A stretch of DNA of 64,000 nt from Patescibacteria group bacterium (GCA_041666325.1 JBAYHC010000004.1:128929-192928); one strand, 5' to 3'; shown: positions 37,701 to 47,258, counted from the stretch's first letter. Program-made: numbers and translations. The notes: generated by a model not told the origin, from the sequence alone.

Positions 37701-40700
37701 GAGGCTGATGCATATATCTCAGAGGAACCAGGGCGAAAGCTTGACCTAAATCACGGCGACTTATACAGACTCTTTGGTTATGCCGAAGCTAATGGGGAGG
37801 CAGTCTTTAGACGTATTGGACAAAAGTTACTGTTTTATATGATCGCGAACAAAGCTCTAGCAGCGAAAGGACAAAGCTCTTCGGTTAAGCTTAATCTTAG
37901 TGAAACCAACCCCAGGCTTATTCCTGGTAGCGACACAGCGATCTTTTACTTCTCGCGTTTTGACCGCGCCCTGCAACTAGCAAGAACGATCAAGGGCGAC
38001 TGGGAAAATGAACGAGAGCCTGGTTTCGATCGAATCATAGGCCTGATGAATGAACTTGACCGCGAGTTTCAGGTTGGTAGTCAGGCGCTCCTGACTCTGA
38101 ACCTTCTCGAAATAGCGAACACCGTTAGAGCCAACATATACCTCATAGATCAGCTTACAATTGCTCTTGAGGAGAAGCGCCTCTACGCGACCCACATGAT
38201 CGAGAAGATCAACAAGACCATAAGAGATGTAAATGAGCTTATCAAGGTGACATCGGAGTTCCTGTCCGGACAAGAGATACCTTCAGCCGAGCTCTTAACT
38301 GTCGACCAAATTCGAACAGACGCATTTGCAAAGCCGCTCAGGGGCAGACCAAGAGCACAGCGAAAGATAAATCCGCTTGTGATCCTGGACTTCCTGGCGG
38401 GCAGAATCACCCCGTTAGACTTCTTTGTTCTGCTTGGTGCGAACCAACTTGAAGCTCGCCTTGGCTTACCACAAAACACCCTTGTTTACTACATACAGAA
38501 TTCTGAAACAATGGGAATCGCTAATCTCGATACATTTTATGTTGCGCTTGGTCAGGCCAGGATAGAGGAAGAATACGAGCTGCCCAGATACTACTTCCAG
38601 GGCTATGTTGTACCGGGCGACCGCAAGGTACCGGACTTCAGGCGAGACTGGACAGCACTAAAGCGACTTCTCGTTAACCGGCAGGATTCGGCCAAATACA
38701 GGCAAGAGGTGGGATGGACCGGGATATATCCGGCACTATTCCCACTAGCCAAGACGGATTCGTACTCCTTTGACGAACGCTTAATAAGTGATTTTGACAA
38801 CAGGATGAAGGCGATACGTGAAAGCGAGGAGAAAAAGAGAGTTACAAACAAACCATATACCGACCTGATCAAGGATGCTGAAAAGCTATGGCAAGACGAC
38901 CGAAAGCACGAAAGGGAAGAGCGATATAGTGACGAGGGCGCAGAACGCGGTAGGTTCGGAGACATCGACCTGGGCGATCTGCTCAAAAACCTAACAGACC
39001 GAAACTATGCCTCTACTGAGCCTTCAGCCCAGTCAAATCTGATGTTCAGTCTCAGAATGCCTGGCAATTATACTGCACTAACGCAAGGTTCGACAATCGC
39101 CTGGGAGACTAGCGGAGCAAAGGCAAGAGCTGCAGCGATCGATAAACAATTCGGCCTTGCCGCAAACACAACTCACAACTTATTCACCGGCGACACAGTC
39201 TTGGCGCCAAGCGGGACAAAGATACTGTCACAATCAGAGAAGGACCTCGCTAATTATTTTGGCGGGATGAGCATCGGAGCCGTTGAAACCTACCTTCAGG
39301 TTCTAAACAACGAGCTTCCCTTCGCAGACCTGCAAAAACTGGGCCTTGTTTCCGACTACAACTTCCAAAATCGCTATGCACTACAAGAGGACGCGCCAAG
39401 CGACAACGAGTGTCCGGTTCTTTATGCTCAGGTGGAGCCAGGAAAGCCATCAGGCAAAGGAAAATTCTCTGTTAACTACACTACTATCGAGCCTGATACT
39501 TATAGTTATTACGACAAAAGAGGACGCCACACCTTCAAGAGCAGGAGGGAGGCAGAACGATACTCCAACGAGCATGTCGATGACAGAATTGATGTTGTTG
39601 GTCATATGGCCAAACAATTAAAGACTCTTTACGGACCAATACTTGGAAGAACAGCGGGCGGCCAACTGGGATCAGGTGACAAGTGGCGAGTACCAAGTAT
39701 AGATTTCAATAATGAGTCTGAAATCGCCGATAACCTAAGACTGTTGTTGATGAAAAATATCGGCGGTCTGTTTACGCTTGCTGATATCAGGGCAATCAAC
39801 GAAGCCACCGATGCCAATGATTTAGATGGCGATGGCGACCGATCTGAACAGTCAATAATTACAGTCAGTATCACTCTTGAGAACGGGGAAACCAAAGACT
39901 ACACTCTTAGCCCCAACACATTGGCCGGATCACCATACGACCCAGGTGTACTAGAGAAACTTTTCATGCGAAAGAAGACACAGAAACCGCTACAGGAATT
40001 CAAGAAGGCAGTCGGCCAGGTAGAAGCAGAAAAGGCAGTCAGCTGGAAACTGTTCTCAGAGTTAGTTGGAGTCAAGATCAGGCCAGAGTTCTTCGGGCCA
40101 GATGACCTATATAGCATCTTGCACGGCGACATGAGACCGATTTATAGAATTGGCTCCTATCTTATCGAGAAAGAAATGCACCTGCCTCAGCACTCTATAG
40201 CTCTGCTGATGTCAGCACTGAGTGGCAAGGCGAAGGAGTGCCAACTATCCCAAATTGGAGCCAATGTCTTGGGGGGTCTTGTTGGCCTCAAGTATTTGCC
40301 GTTGAATTTTAATGTTGCCAGCCCCAACGACATGGCTCAAGCCATCGGACAAGCCAAGATAGAGGAAACGCTTGGATTACCAAGAAAAACATTCAGTGGT
40401 GATTCTCTGTTGGATATCATCAACAGGATTGGTCCGATCACATTTGCCCTTGTCTTCAACATCCCAGTCGGGAAATCGGTCATCAGTAACCAGAACACAA
40501 TATTTAGCGATTCTGTTGGCAACAATGTTTCTCGCTTGGATGCTATCCTTGGGAATGAAGCCAATCAGGTTAGAAACACTAGCGGTAGATACAAACTCAA
40601 AAAGATTCATGATTTCCTTATCTCAAATCATGTTATCAACGACTTGGCCGGAGCGGGGGTCGAGAGCCTTGAGAATGAGCTAATTCAACAAACCATACAC

Positions 40701-43700
40701 TTTGTCCAAAACTATGCCACCTATGCCGGGCAGCAATTACCAGATAGAGCGTCATCAACAGAGATTGAATTTGCCGAAGAGGTTAAAAACTTTACCTCGC
40801 AAGTGAATAGTATTGACTCCCTGCTCAAAATCGACCGCAATTCTACGCTATATCTCCTAAGCACACTCTATGCCGGCGATAATCAGTCAGAACACGGTCC
40901 AAATAAGTTCAGGGAAAAGGTTGGCTGGGCTCACGTTCAAAAACTGATTACTCTTAGACTTGCGGAATTATTGAATATCGACACCGAAAGAGAACAGGCC
41001 GCCGCAGATATCATCACTGGCATTGCCAGCTACTTCCACTGCAGCGAGGATGACACCAACCAAGTTACCGGGCAGTGCGAAAACAGCAATTATGGCAATG
41101 TAGCTTGGCTCTTTAGTAAACTCTCGACTGTCTTTGTTCTTCGCTTAGACGAAAGAGCCGGTTTTCCGACCGGAACATTTGACCAGATGATCAAAGACCC
41201 GGTCAACGCCCCTATGACACTGCTTAAGATCGGGGCAAACAAACTTGATGCGAAGCTACAAAGGGACCCCAGCCGAATTTTTTCCTTCACAGGTTCATAT
41301 CGCTTCATTAACCAGGAATACCAGCAATCTCTTAGTGACGGTTCTCTTGGTTTTATTTCTGATTACCGTGACCAAAACATTGCGGATCAGCAATGTCACG
41401 CCCAGTACTATCCCAACGGCCTAGATATGCGGTTAGACAGTCAATACAAGGCAGTCTTGGCCGTTTACAACGAGCCAGCCCCAAGCAGAACCGAACACCC
41501 AGAAGAATATCAAGCTTGGTATGACCGACATGCTGATGCTTCTGACCAGCTCTACTCTGGTCGCAGTGGTACAATCGGACGAACGATATCTGATCTCAAT
41601 ACACAATACAATAATTGTGTAGAGAGCAAGCGCGAGAGAGAGACCGTTGCAAAATGCGTCGGAGAAACACCAGCACCAGGCGGAACATGCACCACGGGAG
41701 GAGGAAGTGGAAACAATATCTTCCGCGACCTCATCCATCATATCAAGCTCGGCATAGCTGAGGAGATCGTGTATGCAATCAGACACGTCGCAGATGTAAA
41801 TGGAGTTCCCGTGGGCGTTGAAATGCCCAAAGAAGACATGTATGAGTTGCTATTCAGAGGCGATATTCGCTTCCTCTACATCGCTGCCACCGCCTTCACT
41901 GTCAACTTCATCACAGCTATTGTCGAGGGTGATGAAAGTCGACAACCGTGGCCGCCGGCACTCCGCATTACTTATGGGGAGATCCGGCTAGTCTATATCG
42001 GCGACCCGAGATCAGACCAGGCCGCCAGAGATGCCGCTACAATTGCTTTTGCCAACACATACACCCCAGGTGACATCAATGTTACAAGTGGCGACATAAA
42101 CGCGAGTCTTCCGGGTAGTCCACATGCCCCTCCTGTACCCAATGGTGAAGTCTGTCCCCCTAACGCACCAACAGGATCTCAATGTATTCCCTCCGACTCT
42201 TATCGCAACGGAACAGCCACCGGCACTGGCCTGGATCCAAGATCAAACGCTACCCAAATGGGTAATGTCTATGGTGTAAACACAAATGACCCAACCCTGC
42301 ACGCAAGAGCAGAGGCCTACACAACATCAGTACTGGGAAATGTTGGAAGTGCCTGGAGCAACCTACAAACAGCATACGGCGAAGAACCTCAAAGAGGTGC
42401 TTACCGCAATGATGCGGAATACCAGAGCGCACATAGCACATGGGAGGAAAGAATCGGCGAGTACCCAAGTGCAGACAATCCCCAGGGCTCTGGTTTGCGC
42501 GGACAACTCGCTGCGGCAGGCGATAGAAGAGATGAACTCAACAGGCGAAGAGACGAGGCAGAGGGCAAATCTCGCGCCATTTATCGCAACAATTTGATAT
42601 ACAAAACCTTTGATGCCGCCCTGTGGAAAGTAGACAAAAACATTTTCCCTGGCTTTACCCGTGCACTGATGGCCGGTAGTCTAAGAGAGAAACAGCTAGC
42701 GCTACTCACATATCTTGAAAACGGCCTCAAAAACGGCAACCTATTCTTTGGTGTTCTTAGATTTGATGCCATCCCTGCAGAACTCGTCGGAGTCATTGAT
42801 GACTTTGTCCATATCTTCCTGTTAAAGGATAGGGACTGGAACAGCTTCCTTACAGGAAGTGGCGCTAAGGTTCTAGCAGGTTTTGTCTCCAACAATTCCA
42901 GGAAATGGTTTAACGGTCTCTATATTCCGCCCGATATGATCATTGGTCTAATGGTGGGAATCACTACTGGTGAATGGGGCTTTGATTTCTCATCTCGCGG
43001 CGACACTATCACCCCAACCGCCACAGTTAATGGCGTCAAATTGCCAACACTGGGCAGTGCTCTCATGAGTATCGTTGAAACGAGAATATTCTCCTGGGCC
43101 GACACAAAGCTGGGTCTCCCGCCAGGAACAGTATCAACCGCGTTCAAGATGGTGGTAAAAATATACAAGGCGACAATGCTGTACTTCGAGCTACAGCACG
43201 CAATCGGAATATACAGCCAAATAACGAACCTACAGGGGATATATGATGCCGCTGAAGCAGCAGGAGCGGGCGCTGACGTACTGGGTGATATCTCAGGCGA
43301 GATTAGCGCCTTAGAGGGCAAGATTGACCCCAGCACCCTCGATGCCCTAGATGCCAACCAGGCGGGCAATGGCGAGATGCTTGACGGCAAGATTCTCGAC
43401 ATCAGAAAATTAATTGCGGCAGCCATAGCTGAGTTGATTACCTTTGCGATCATGCAAGCAATTCAGAAACTATTTGGCGAAGAAATTGGACGGTTTGAGG
43501 AAAGTATGGGACTGGTGCCAGGATCAACGATGGTTTTGATTAATTTCGTAGTAGGGGAGCTGGTTGTGATGGCTGTAAACGCAGTTGCTGGATCTGCTTT
43601 GCTTCCAGCCGCTGGCCCGATCGGTTTTGGAATCGCTGTGATTTTATTCATTGCCATTAATCTCTGGGGCATACATAAAATTGAGATAAAATGTAATGCT

Positions 43701-44237
43701 GACGGTCAGTACGTTAACTGGAGCGAGGAAAAGGGGACCTATACAACCGGTCCAGATGGCCAACCCTTGACTAGTCAGACATTAGCAGACTATGATGTTA
43801 CCCCTATTGGTTGGTGGGAAAAACGGGTTACGAGCAGCTCTAGCTTCCAGACAGAGTTTAGTGAATTAATGAAACAAAAAACAATTCTCACTGCTAGGTA
43901 TAAGGCCAACAGGTTAATTAAAGATATGCTAGAGATGCAAAATAGCTCAAGATTCAGAGATGAAACAGGCAAGGGCATAGTTCCAACGCAAATAATGATC
44001 GGCAGGGCAGAAGACGCAAAGAACGTTGAGCAGAACGGCGATATGATCTCTAGAAAGATGTGTCAACAAAGACTGGGCAAAGACTCTGTTGCTGTTGAAA
44101 CCAGAAGCAGCGAGACAGGAGAGCTGCTCGGATATGTTTGCGGTGACAGGGATACTAAACCAGGGGGGACCCCTCCGACAAAGATAGGTATCTGGAAAAA
44201 CCTCCAAACAACAGCTTGGTCACATATAGGGTTCTAA
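34716..44237 (+). CDS. Giant secreted or surface protein (3173 aa). It has an N-terminal signal peptide and C-terminal hydrophobic anchor helices. It is translationally coupled to the M23 peptidase gene.
   Basis: A single uninterrupted 9.5-kb ORF was found. The signal peptide is MRSVFRKTLLWLITISITLEPVFVLLPQNVSAQDA. C-terminal TM segments include ...VVGELVVMAVNAVAGSALLPAAGPIGFGIAVILFIAINLWGI.... The ATG at 34716 abuts the TAG at 34713-34715. Confidence 0.6.
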   Translation: MRSVFRKTLLWLITISITLEPVFVLLPQNVSAQDAAPESLQDSNPYDESDIRSNADSDDLGDEENYRLEPGQLENIEDVKTKEALDPVMDAISRESDITVVGDSAEERSAARRLAAILEEYTPYRNLVTYDDFLAGQQEAKIVLSAGDLEVLRAMHYISKVAPDFSEDSVAMFNSLNPSTTEAGERLLSRDDIRSSDGVGIVDEATMQTIHNKWQSEITIDSDNAVERGDNEDFANAIRSYFVSLKQGGALETNQNKKIVNKELFHDFVQQARRDFAESWSIDNVTSGTLANLNKNDLMAISGYSESEIDRILQDKPSDSQPQGGDRWRYFAESILDIVKNSQIDIRVLKTLVYLVTPKSEGGAGHWRIRARKIVQTNSKLSHESDSVRDATCSGDGTQSAASCGESINNEGTPISGASADIQDSSGNVTGQAVITDEPEEILSAHGDGQAVDISEIDDIRCTVIKYRHIGHSFKEKRPATPVKLAWQTTEGYASSGGNNPIDIMGMIRSSATESLQNFANDLGADAITDFEGDLSQSGFSDIVGLFGKSMMASAVNSASLDFFGDNVEETLRNLGSVYFADYLGIPRNLFVGTEQEKLASLDYVSRVIGQAAIEKRLNIPFGSLSTEVKLSTADASTGDSSQPTIYSGLEAMMLNTGLRKLEWEMILDPGDLDNMFWSDPNKQIPIQTLHHRIGSRIIEKKFNLDKGMLDSVVAGKDLAYLKTRFGERARLLFIDPTYFDNILSLNAGTTKLLFDGQTSPSDYIATVGRRRYLNTVRGLRHLSSTSSAYAVPPTTPVTTTIYSPDNIALNDCLSNPQTCRTFTNPDGITVLQKTENIDTWNSAILGRKEAIENIGTFTVARLLAHPQDYTPEEANRINQVGLEHQQLDDGVSMTIDPKDKGVGALHQWIIANQQKYAFDHNDGFNGRTVTSWDKKNAEIPNSSTETCRNGIACVRVRVNSVFMGESSTPTETDTIGAPVNVNVHTPVYNVYPAGEADAYISEEPGRKLDLNHGDLYRLFGYAEANGEAVFRRIGQKLLFYMIANKALAAKGQSSSVKLNLSETNPRLIPGSDTAIFYFSRFDRALQLARTIKGDWENEREPGFDRIIGLMNELDREFQVGSQALLTLNLLEIANTVRANIYLIDQLTIALEEKRLYATHMIEKINKTIRDVNELIKVTSEFLSGQEIPSAELLTVDQIRTDAFAKPLRGRPRAQRKINPLVILDFLAGRITPLDFFVLLGANQLEARLGLPQNTLVYYIQNSETMGIANLDTFYVALGQARIEEEYELPRYYFQGYVVPGDRKVPDFRRDWTALKRLLVNRQDSAKYRQEVGWTGIYPALFPLAKTDSYSFDERLISDFDNRMKAIRESEEKKRVTNKPYTDLIKDAEKLWQDDRKHEREERYSDEGAERGRFGDIDLGDLLKNLTDRNYASTEPSAQSNLMFSLRMPGNYTALTQGSTIAWETSGAKARAAAIDKQFGLAANTTHNLFTGDTVLAPSGTKILSQSEKDLANYFGGMSIGAVETYLQVLNNELPFADLQKLGLVSDYNFQNRYALQEDAPSDNECPVLYAQVEPGKPSGKGKFSVNYTTIEPDTYSYYDKRGRHTFKSRREAERYSNEHVDDRIDVVGHMAKQLKTLYGPILGRTAGGQLGSGDKWRVPSIDFNNESEIADNLRLLLMKNIGGLFTLADIRAINEATDANDLDGDGDRSEQSIITVSITLENGETKDYTLSPNTLAGSPYDPGVLEKLFMRKKTQKPLQEFKKAVGQVEAEKAVSWKLFSELVGVKIRPEFFGPDDLYSILHGDMRPIYRIGSYLIEKEMHLPQHSIALLMSALSGKAKECQLSQIGANVLGGLVGLKYLPLNFNVASPNDMAQAIGQAKIEETLGLPRKTFSGDSLLDIINRIGPITFALVFNIPVGKSVISNQNTIFSDSVGNNVSRLDAILGNEANQVRNTSGRYKLKKIHDFLISNHVINDLAGAGVESLENELIQQTIHFVQNYATYAGQQLPDRASSTEIEFAEEVKNFTSQVNSIDSLLKIDRNSTLYLLSTLYAGDNQSEHGPNKFREKVGWAHVQKLITLRLAELLNIDTEREQAAADIITGIASYFHCSEDDTNQVTGQCENSNYGNVAWLFSKLSTVFVLRLDERAGFPTGTFDQMIKDPVNAPMTLLKIGANKLDAKLQRDPSRIFSFTGSYRFINQEYQQSLSDGSLGFISDYRDQNIADQQCHAQYYPNGLDMRLDSQYKAVLAVYNEPAPSRTEHPEEYQAWYDRHADASDQLYSGRSGTIGRTISDLNTQYNNCVESKRERETVAKCVGETPAPGGTCTTGGGSGNNIFRDLIHHIKLGIAEEIVYAIRHVADVNGVPVGVEMPKEDMYELLFRGDIRFLYIAATAFTVNFITAIVEGDESRQPWPPALRITYGEIRLVYIGDPRSDQAARDAATIAFANTYTPGDINVTSGDINASLPGSPHAPPVPNGEVCPPNAPTGSQCIPSDSYRNGTATGTGLDPRSNATQMGNVYGVNTNDPTLHARAEAYTTSVLGNVGSAWSNLQTAYGEEPQRGAYRNDAEYQSAHSTWEERIGEYPSADNPQGSGLRGQLAAAGDRRDELNRRRDEAEGKSRAIYRNNLIYKTFDAALWKVDKNIFPGFTRALMAGSLREKQLALLTYLENGLKNGNLFFGVLRFDAIPAELVGVIDDFVHIFLLKDRDWNSFLTGSGAKVLAGFVSNNSRKWFNGLYIPPDMIIGLMVGITTGEWGFDFSSRGDTITPTATVNGVKLPTLGSALMSIVETRIFSWADTKLGLPPGTVSTAFKMVVKIYKATMLYFELQHAIGIYSQITNLQGIYDAAEAAGAGADVLGDISGEISALEGKIDPSTLDALDANQAGNGEMLDGKILDIRKLIAAAIAELITFAIMQAIQKLFGEEIGRFEESMGLVPGSTMVLINFVVGELVVMAVNAVAGSALLPAAGPIGFGIAVILFIAINLWGIHKIEIKCNADGQYVNWSEEKGTYTTGPDGQPLTSQTLADYDVTPIGWWEKRVTSSSSFQTEFSELMKQKTILTARYKANRLIKDMLEMQNSSRFRDETGKGIVPTQIMIGRAEDAKNVEQNGDMISRKMCQQRLGKDSVAVETRSSETGELLGYVCGDRDTKPGGTPPTKIGIWKNLQTTAWSHIGF

Positions 44238-44284
44238 ATTAGCTAGCAAGAATTAAGCTAGCAAGCAAAAGGCTTATAAAGAAT

Positions 44285-44641
44285 ATGAAAATTAACTCCT
44301 TTCAAGATATTGTGGTTTAGCAAAGGGCTCACAAATTAGTGCTAGAAACATACAAGATTTCGGATGGTTTTCCCAAATGTGAAATGTTTGGCCTAACAAG
44401 TCAGATCCGCTGAGCAACTGTTTCGGTCGCATCAAATATTGCCGAGGGCTTTAAACGCAACTCAAAAAAAGATTCTCTGCACTTCTACAACATAGCTGAA
44501 AGCTCTCCTGAGGAGTCAAAATACCAGTTAATTCTTGCTAAAGACCTTGGGTATGTTGACCAAGCGGGTTACACTGAGCTCATAAAATTAGCCGAAGAGG
44601 CTGGTAGAATGTTGTGTGGGTGGCGCAAGTCACAGAGCTAG
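44285..44641 (+). pseudogene. Four-helix-bundle protein gene (the '23S rRNA-intervening-sequence protein' family) that has been inactivated by two in-frame stop codons. An intact paralogue lies at 60154..60513.
   Basis: The translation MKINSFQDIVV*QRAHKLVLETYKISDGFPKCEMFGLTSQIR*ATVSVASNIAEGFKRNSKKDSLHFYNIAESSPEESKYQLILAKDLGYVDQAGYTELIKLAEEAGRMLCGWRKSQS aligns along its whole length with the 60154 product. A TAG replaces the conserved Trp, and a TGA replaces an Arg. Confidence 0.6.
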
Positions 44642-44668
44642 CTTGTTAGCTTAATTCTTACTAACTTA

Positions 44669-44941
44669 CTAGCTATTATTAACTATTCTCACTCCCTTTA
44701 CGATCTTCCTGCCAATCTTTTTATTGAGGTATTCTATGATTTCTTCCTCTTTCATCTGAAGCTCTTGGGCTGCCGAAGAAGAGGTCACAGAAACCTTCAA
44801 AATCCCCCTAGAAAAGGATACTGACCGAAAAGGATACTTGCCCCAACTCTCTGCATAAAAACAAATCTGGGCACCTACCGTCTCCTTGATGAGGCCTTTC
44901 TTGGCCATCGAAGAGAAGATAAACTCGCCAATTTTTTTCAT
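44669..44941 (-). CDS. DUF721 / DciA-like small protein lying downstream of recF
   Basis: The protein is 90 aa. It sits after recF, as DUF721 genes do in the dnaA-dnaN-recF-DUF721 synteny of many bacteria. I did not see a strong motif-level match. Confidence 0.45.
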   Translation of the reverse strand: MKKIGEFIFSSMAKKGLIKETVGAQICFYAESWGKYPFRSVSFSRGILKVSVTSSSAAQELQMKEEEIIEYLNKKIGRKIVKGVRIVNNS

Positions 44942-44977
44942 AAAGCTCCAAAACCTAAGTGGCTTAAGTAACTCAGG

Positions 44978-46093
44978 TTACTTAAACCTGATAACCTTGG
45001 CCTTTTTGACTAGCTCCGGATCAAGCAGACTCTCCTCGGCCGTCGTAATAATGGATTGATATTTGCTAATTAGCCCGGTTAGCTGCCGCCTTCTACTAGC
45101 ATCAAATTCAGAAAAAACATCATCTAGTAGAAGCATCGGTTCCTTCTTCTCTCTTGCTGTCGAATACTTGTCCTGGTGCAACTCAAGATACTGCAACTCA
45201 ACAATCTTTAGAGCAAGAACAGCAGATTTCATCTCTCCTCTGGAGGAAAACTTTGACATCTCTCTTTGGTTGAGACTGGTCAACAGATCATCTCTATGGG
45301 GACCATGCGTTGTTCTTTCTATCGCAATGTCCTGATTCCTGGCACTCTCCAGGTCTTCCAAAAAATTGGAGTAGTTTTTTTGATAGGTAATACTAATCTC
45401 AGCCCCTTCCTGCTCAGAGATTAGACGATAAATTGCAACAATCCGATTGTTAATAAAACTAATTGCATCATCGCGCTTGATAGCTATTAGCGCCCCCTGA
45501 GACACCAGCTCTTTGTTCCAATAAGACAGCTCCGAGATACTGCCCTCACCCCTCTTTAATCGTTTAAGTAGATGGTTTCTCTGTTTTTTAACCTTATCAT
45601 AATCAACCAGAGCCCTTAGGTATTCTTTATCAACCTGGCTTATCATAATATCCAGAAATCGCCGTCTATCTCCCGGTGAGCCAGAGAGAATAGATAGCGT
45701 TTCCGGAGAAAAGACAACAACAGGGGTATGGCCAATAAAGTCAGACAAACGGCATGATGTACCCTTCGATTTTGCTTTCATAAAAAAGCGTGGGAGACGC
45801 GATAGAAAAATCTCTTGATCATCACCACTGACTCGAGCAAACTGACTCGAAAAATTAATCAAATCTTGTTTGTTTATTTCACGGAACGGTCGACAAAAAG
45901 AAAGCACTGAAACTGCTTCAATAATATTGCTTTTACCCGCACCATTCTTTCCGACCAGGATCGTGATCGGTTCAAGGGTTAGTTCAAGATGCTGATGATT
46001 GCGAAAGTTCTCAAGTTTTAGATGTTTTAACATAAAGAAGTAAGCTAGTAAGAAGTAAGCAGGTAAGCTAGATAATATTTTTTCACTTATCAC
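44978..46093 (-). CDS. recF: DNA replication and repair protein RecF
   Basis: The N-terminal Walker A is ...LKLENFRNHQHLELTLEPITILVGKNGAGKSNIIEAV... A C-terminal SMC-like signature is present. The gene is downstream of dnaN. Confidence 0.9.
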   Translation of the reverse strand: MISEKILSSLPAYFLLAYFFMLKHLKLENFRNHQHLELTLEPITILVGKNGAGKSNIIEAVSVLSFCRPFREINKQDLINFSSQFARVSGDDQEIFLSRLPRFFMKAKSKGTSCRLSDFIGHTPVVVFSPETLSILSGSPGDRRRFLDIMISQVDKEYLRALVDYDKVKKQRNHLLKRLKRGEGSISELSYWNKELVSQGALIAIKRDDAISFINNRIVAIYRLISEQEGAEISITYQKNYSNFLEDLESARNQDIAIERTTHGPHRDDLLTSLNQREMSKFSSRGEMKSAVLALKIVELQYLELHQDKYSTAREKKEPMLLLDDVFSEFDASRRRQLTGLISKYQSIITTAEESLLDPELVKKAKVIRFK

Positions 46094-46121
46094 TCACAAT
46101 CTTACTTGCTTGCATGCTGGT

Positions 46122-47222
46122 TTACTCTATCTTTAGCGGCATAACGATATATAGGTAATCTTTGTCGTCACCAAATTCCAGCATACCGGCTGAATTTCCA
46201 TCATTCAGCTTTATCGTCACCGGAGCAGGGGAAACAACCTGAAGCGCGTCAAGAAGATACTTCGCATTGAAGGATATTTCAATACCCTCTCCTGAAACCT
46301 TGGCGGGCATTTGAGATGTGGCATTGCCAGACTCGACCAAAGCAGAGGAGGCAACAAGTTTGTCGCCATCAACTTTCATCTTGATATTGTTGGCTGCATC
46401 TTTGGCAAACAAAGCCGTCATCTTAATTGCCGAGACAAGTTCTTTGTGATCAACTGTAGCACTTACTTTGAATGAACCAGGTATAATTTGTGAATAGTTG
46501 GGAAATGAACCCTCAATAACTCGTGAGACCAGCCAACTCTCACCAAAAATAAAGAAGACCTGATTTTCCGTAACAGCAATCTCAATATCCTCTTTGCCCT
46601 CAGAACCAGCCAGGCGCAACACCTCTGCCATTGTTCTTGATGGAATAATAATCTTCGTCTCAGGCACGTCTTTGTCAAGCGCGATTTTCTTCTCGGCCAA
46701 CCGATAAGAATCAGTTGCGGCAAGAGTTAAGCTTTTACCACTAAATTGAAAATAGATACCCGCAATTGTCGGTCGTGTTTCATCATGTGCTGGAGCAATA
46801 ATAATTTTTTTGACTGTATCAACAAACACATCTCGTCCAAACGAGCAGAGTGAATCTTTTGGCTTCGAAGGAATAGTTGGAAACTCCTCCGCGCTAATAC
46901 CGGCTATTTTCGCATTATAGCGGGCAGATGACGCCTTCAACGTCGTTTCATCTGACTCAATAGTAATCGTGTCGTCGCTATTATTGGAGATAAAATCACT
47001 GATCAATCGAGCAGGAACAGTAACATCTCCCTCCTCCTCAATCTTGCCAGTTACAGTAGTGGTTACCCCAACTTCAAGATCGGTTGCAGAGAAAGATATC
47101 CTGCCTTTTTTCGCAGAAATAAGGATGTTGCCAAGCACTGGCAGTGTGGTGCGGGTACCGACTATTCTGTAAACCTGATTTAGCCCCTTTGCAAAGTGAC
47201 TTTGAAGTATCGTTGCTTTCAT
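46122..47222 (-). CDS. dnaN: DNA polymerase III beta sliding clamp. The preferred start is the ATG at 47222, which has an AAGGA ribosome-binding site. The track's GTG start is at 47258.
   Basis: The N-terminus reads MKATILQSHFAKGLNQVYRIVGTRTTLPVLGNILI.... The three-domain length fits a clamp. The gene sits between dnaA and recF. Confidence 0.9.
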   Translation of the reverse strand: MKATILQSHFAKGLNQVYRIVGTRTTLPVLGNILISAKKGRISFSATDLEVGVTTTVTGKIEEEGDVTVPARLISDFISNNSDDTITIESDETTLKASSARYNAKIAGISAEEFPTIPSKPKDSLCSFGRDVFVDTVKKIIIAPAHDETRPTIAGIYFQFSGKSLTLAATDSYRLAEKKIALDKDVPETKIIIPSRTMAEVLRLAGSEGKEDIEIAVTENQVFFIFGESWLVSRVIEGSFPNYSQIIPGSFKVSATVDHKELVSAIKMTALFAKDAANNIKMKVDGDKLVASSALVESGNATSQMPAKVSGEGIEISFNAKYLLDALQVVSPAPVTIKLNDGNSAGMLEFGDDKDYLYIVMPLKIE

Positions 47223-47258
47223 AGAATCCTTTCTAAATACAACACACCGATTTATCAC

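Noticed and set aside
35183-43978. Many 60-180 aa ORFs on the minus strand inside the giant protein gene
   Set aside because: They are nested within a single 9.5-kb plus-strand ORF with a signal peptide and C-terminal anchors. They are antisense artefacts.
19811-44237. Classifying the T4SS block as an integrative conjugative element or plasmid
   Set aside because: No relaxase, VirD4 coupling ATPase, replication gene or flanking att repeats are visible. The flanking genes are core housekeeping genes: uppP and femX on one side, recF and dnaN on the other.
44285-44641. UGA or UAG reassignment, as in some Patescibacteria lineages that use code 25
   Set aside because: TGA, TAG and TAA all terminate well-conserved genes elsewhere in the window at the expected positions. 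The two internal stops occur only in this one decayed paralogue, and they replace Trp and Arg rather than Gly.
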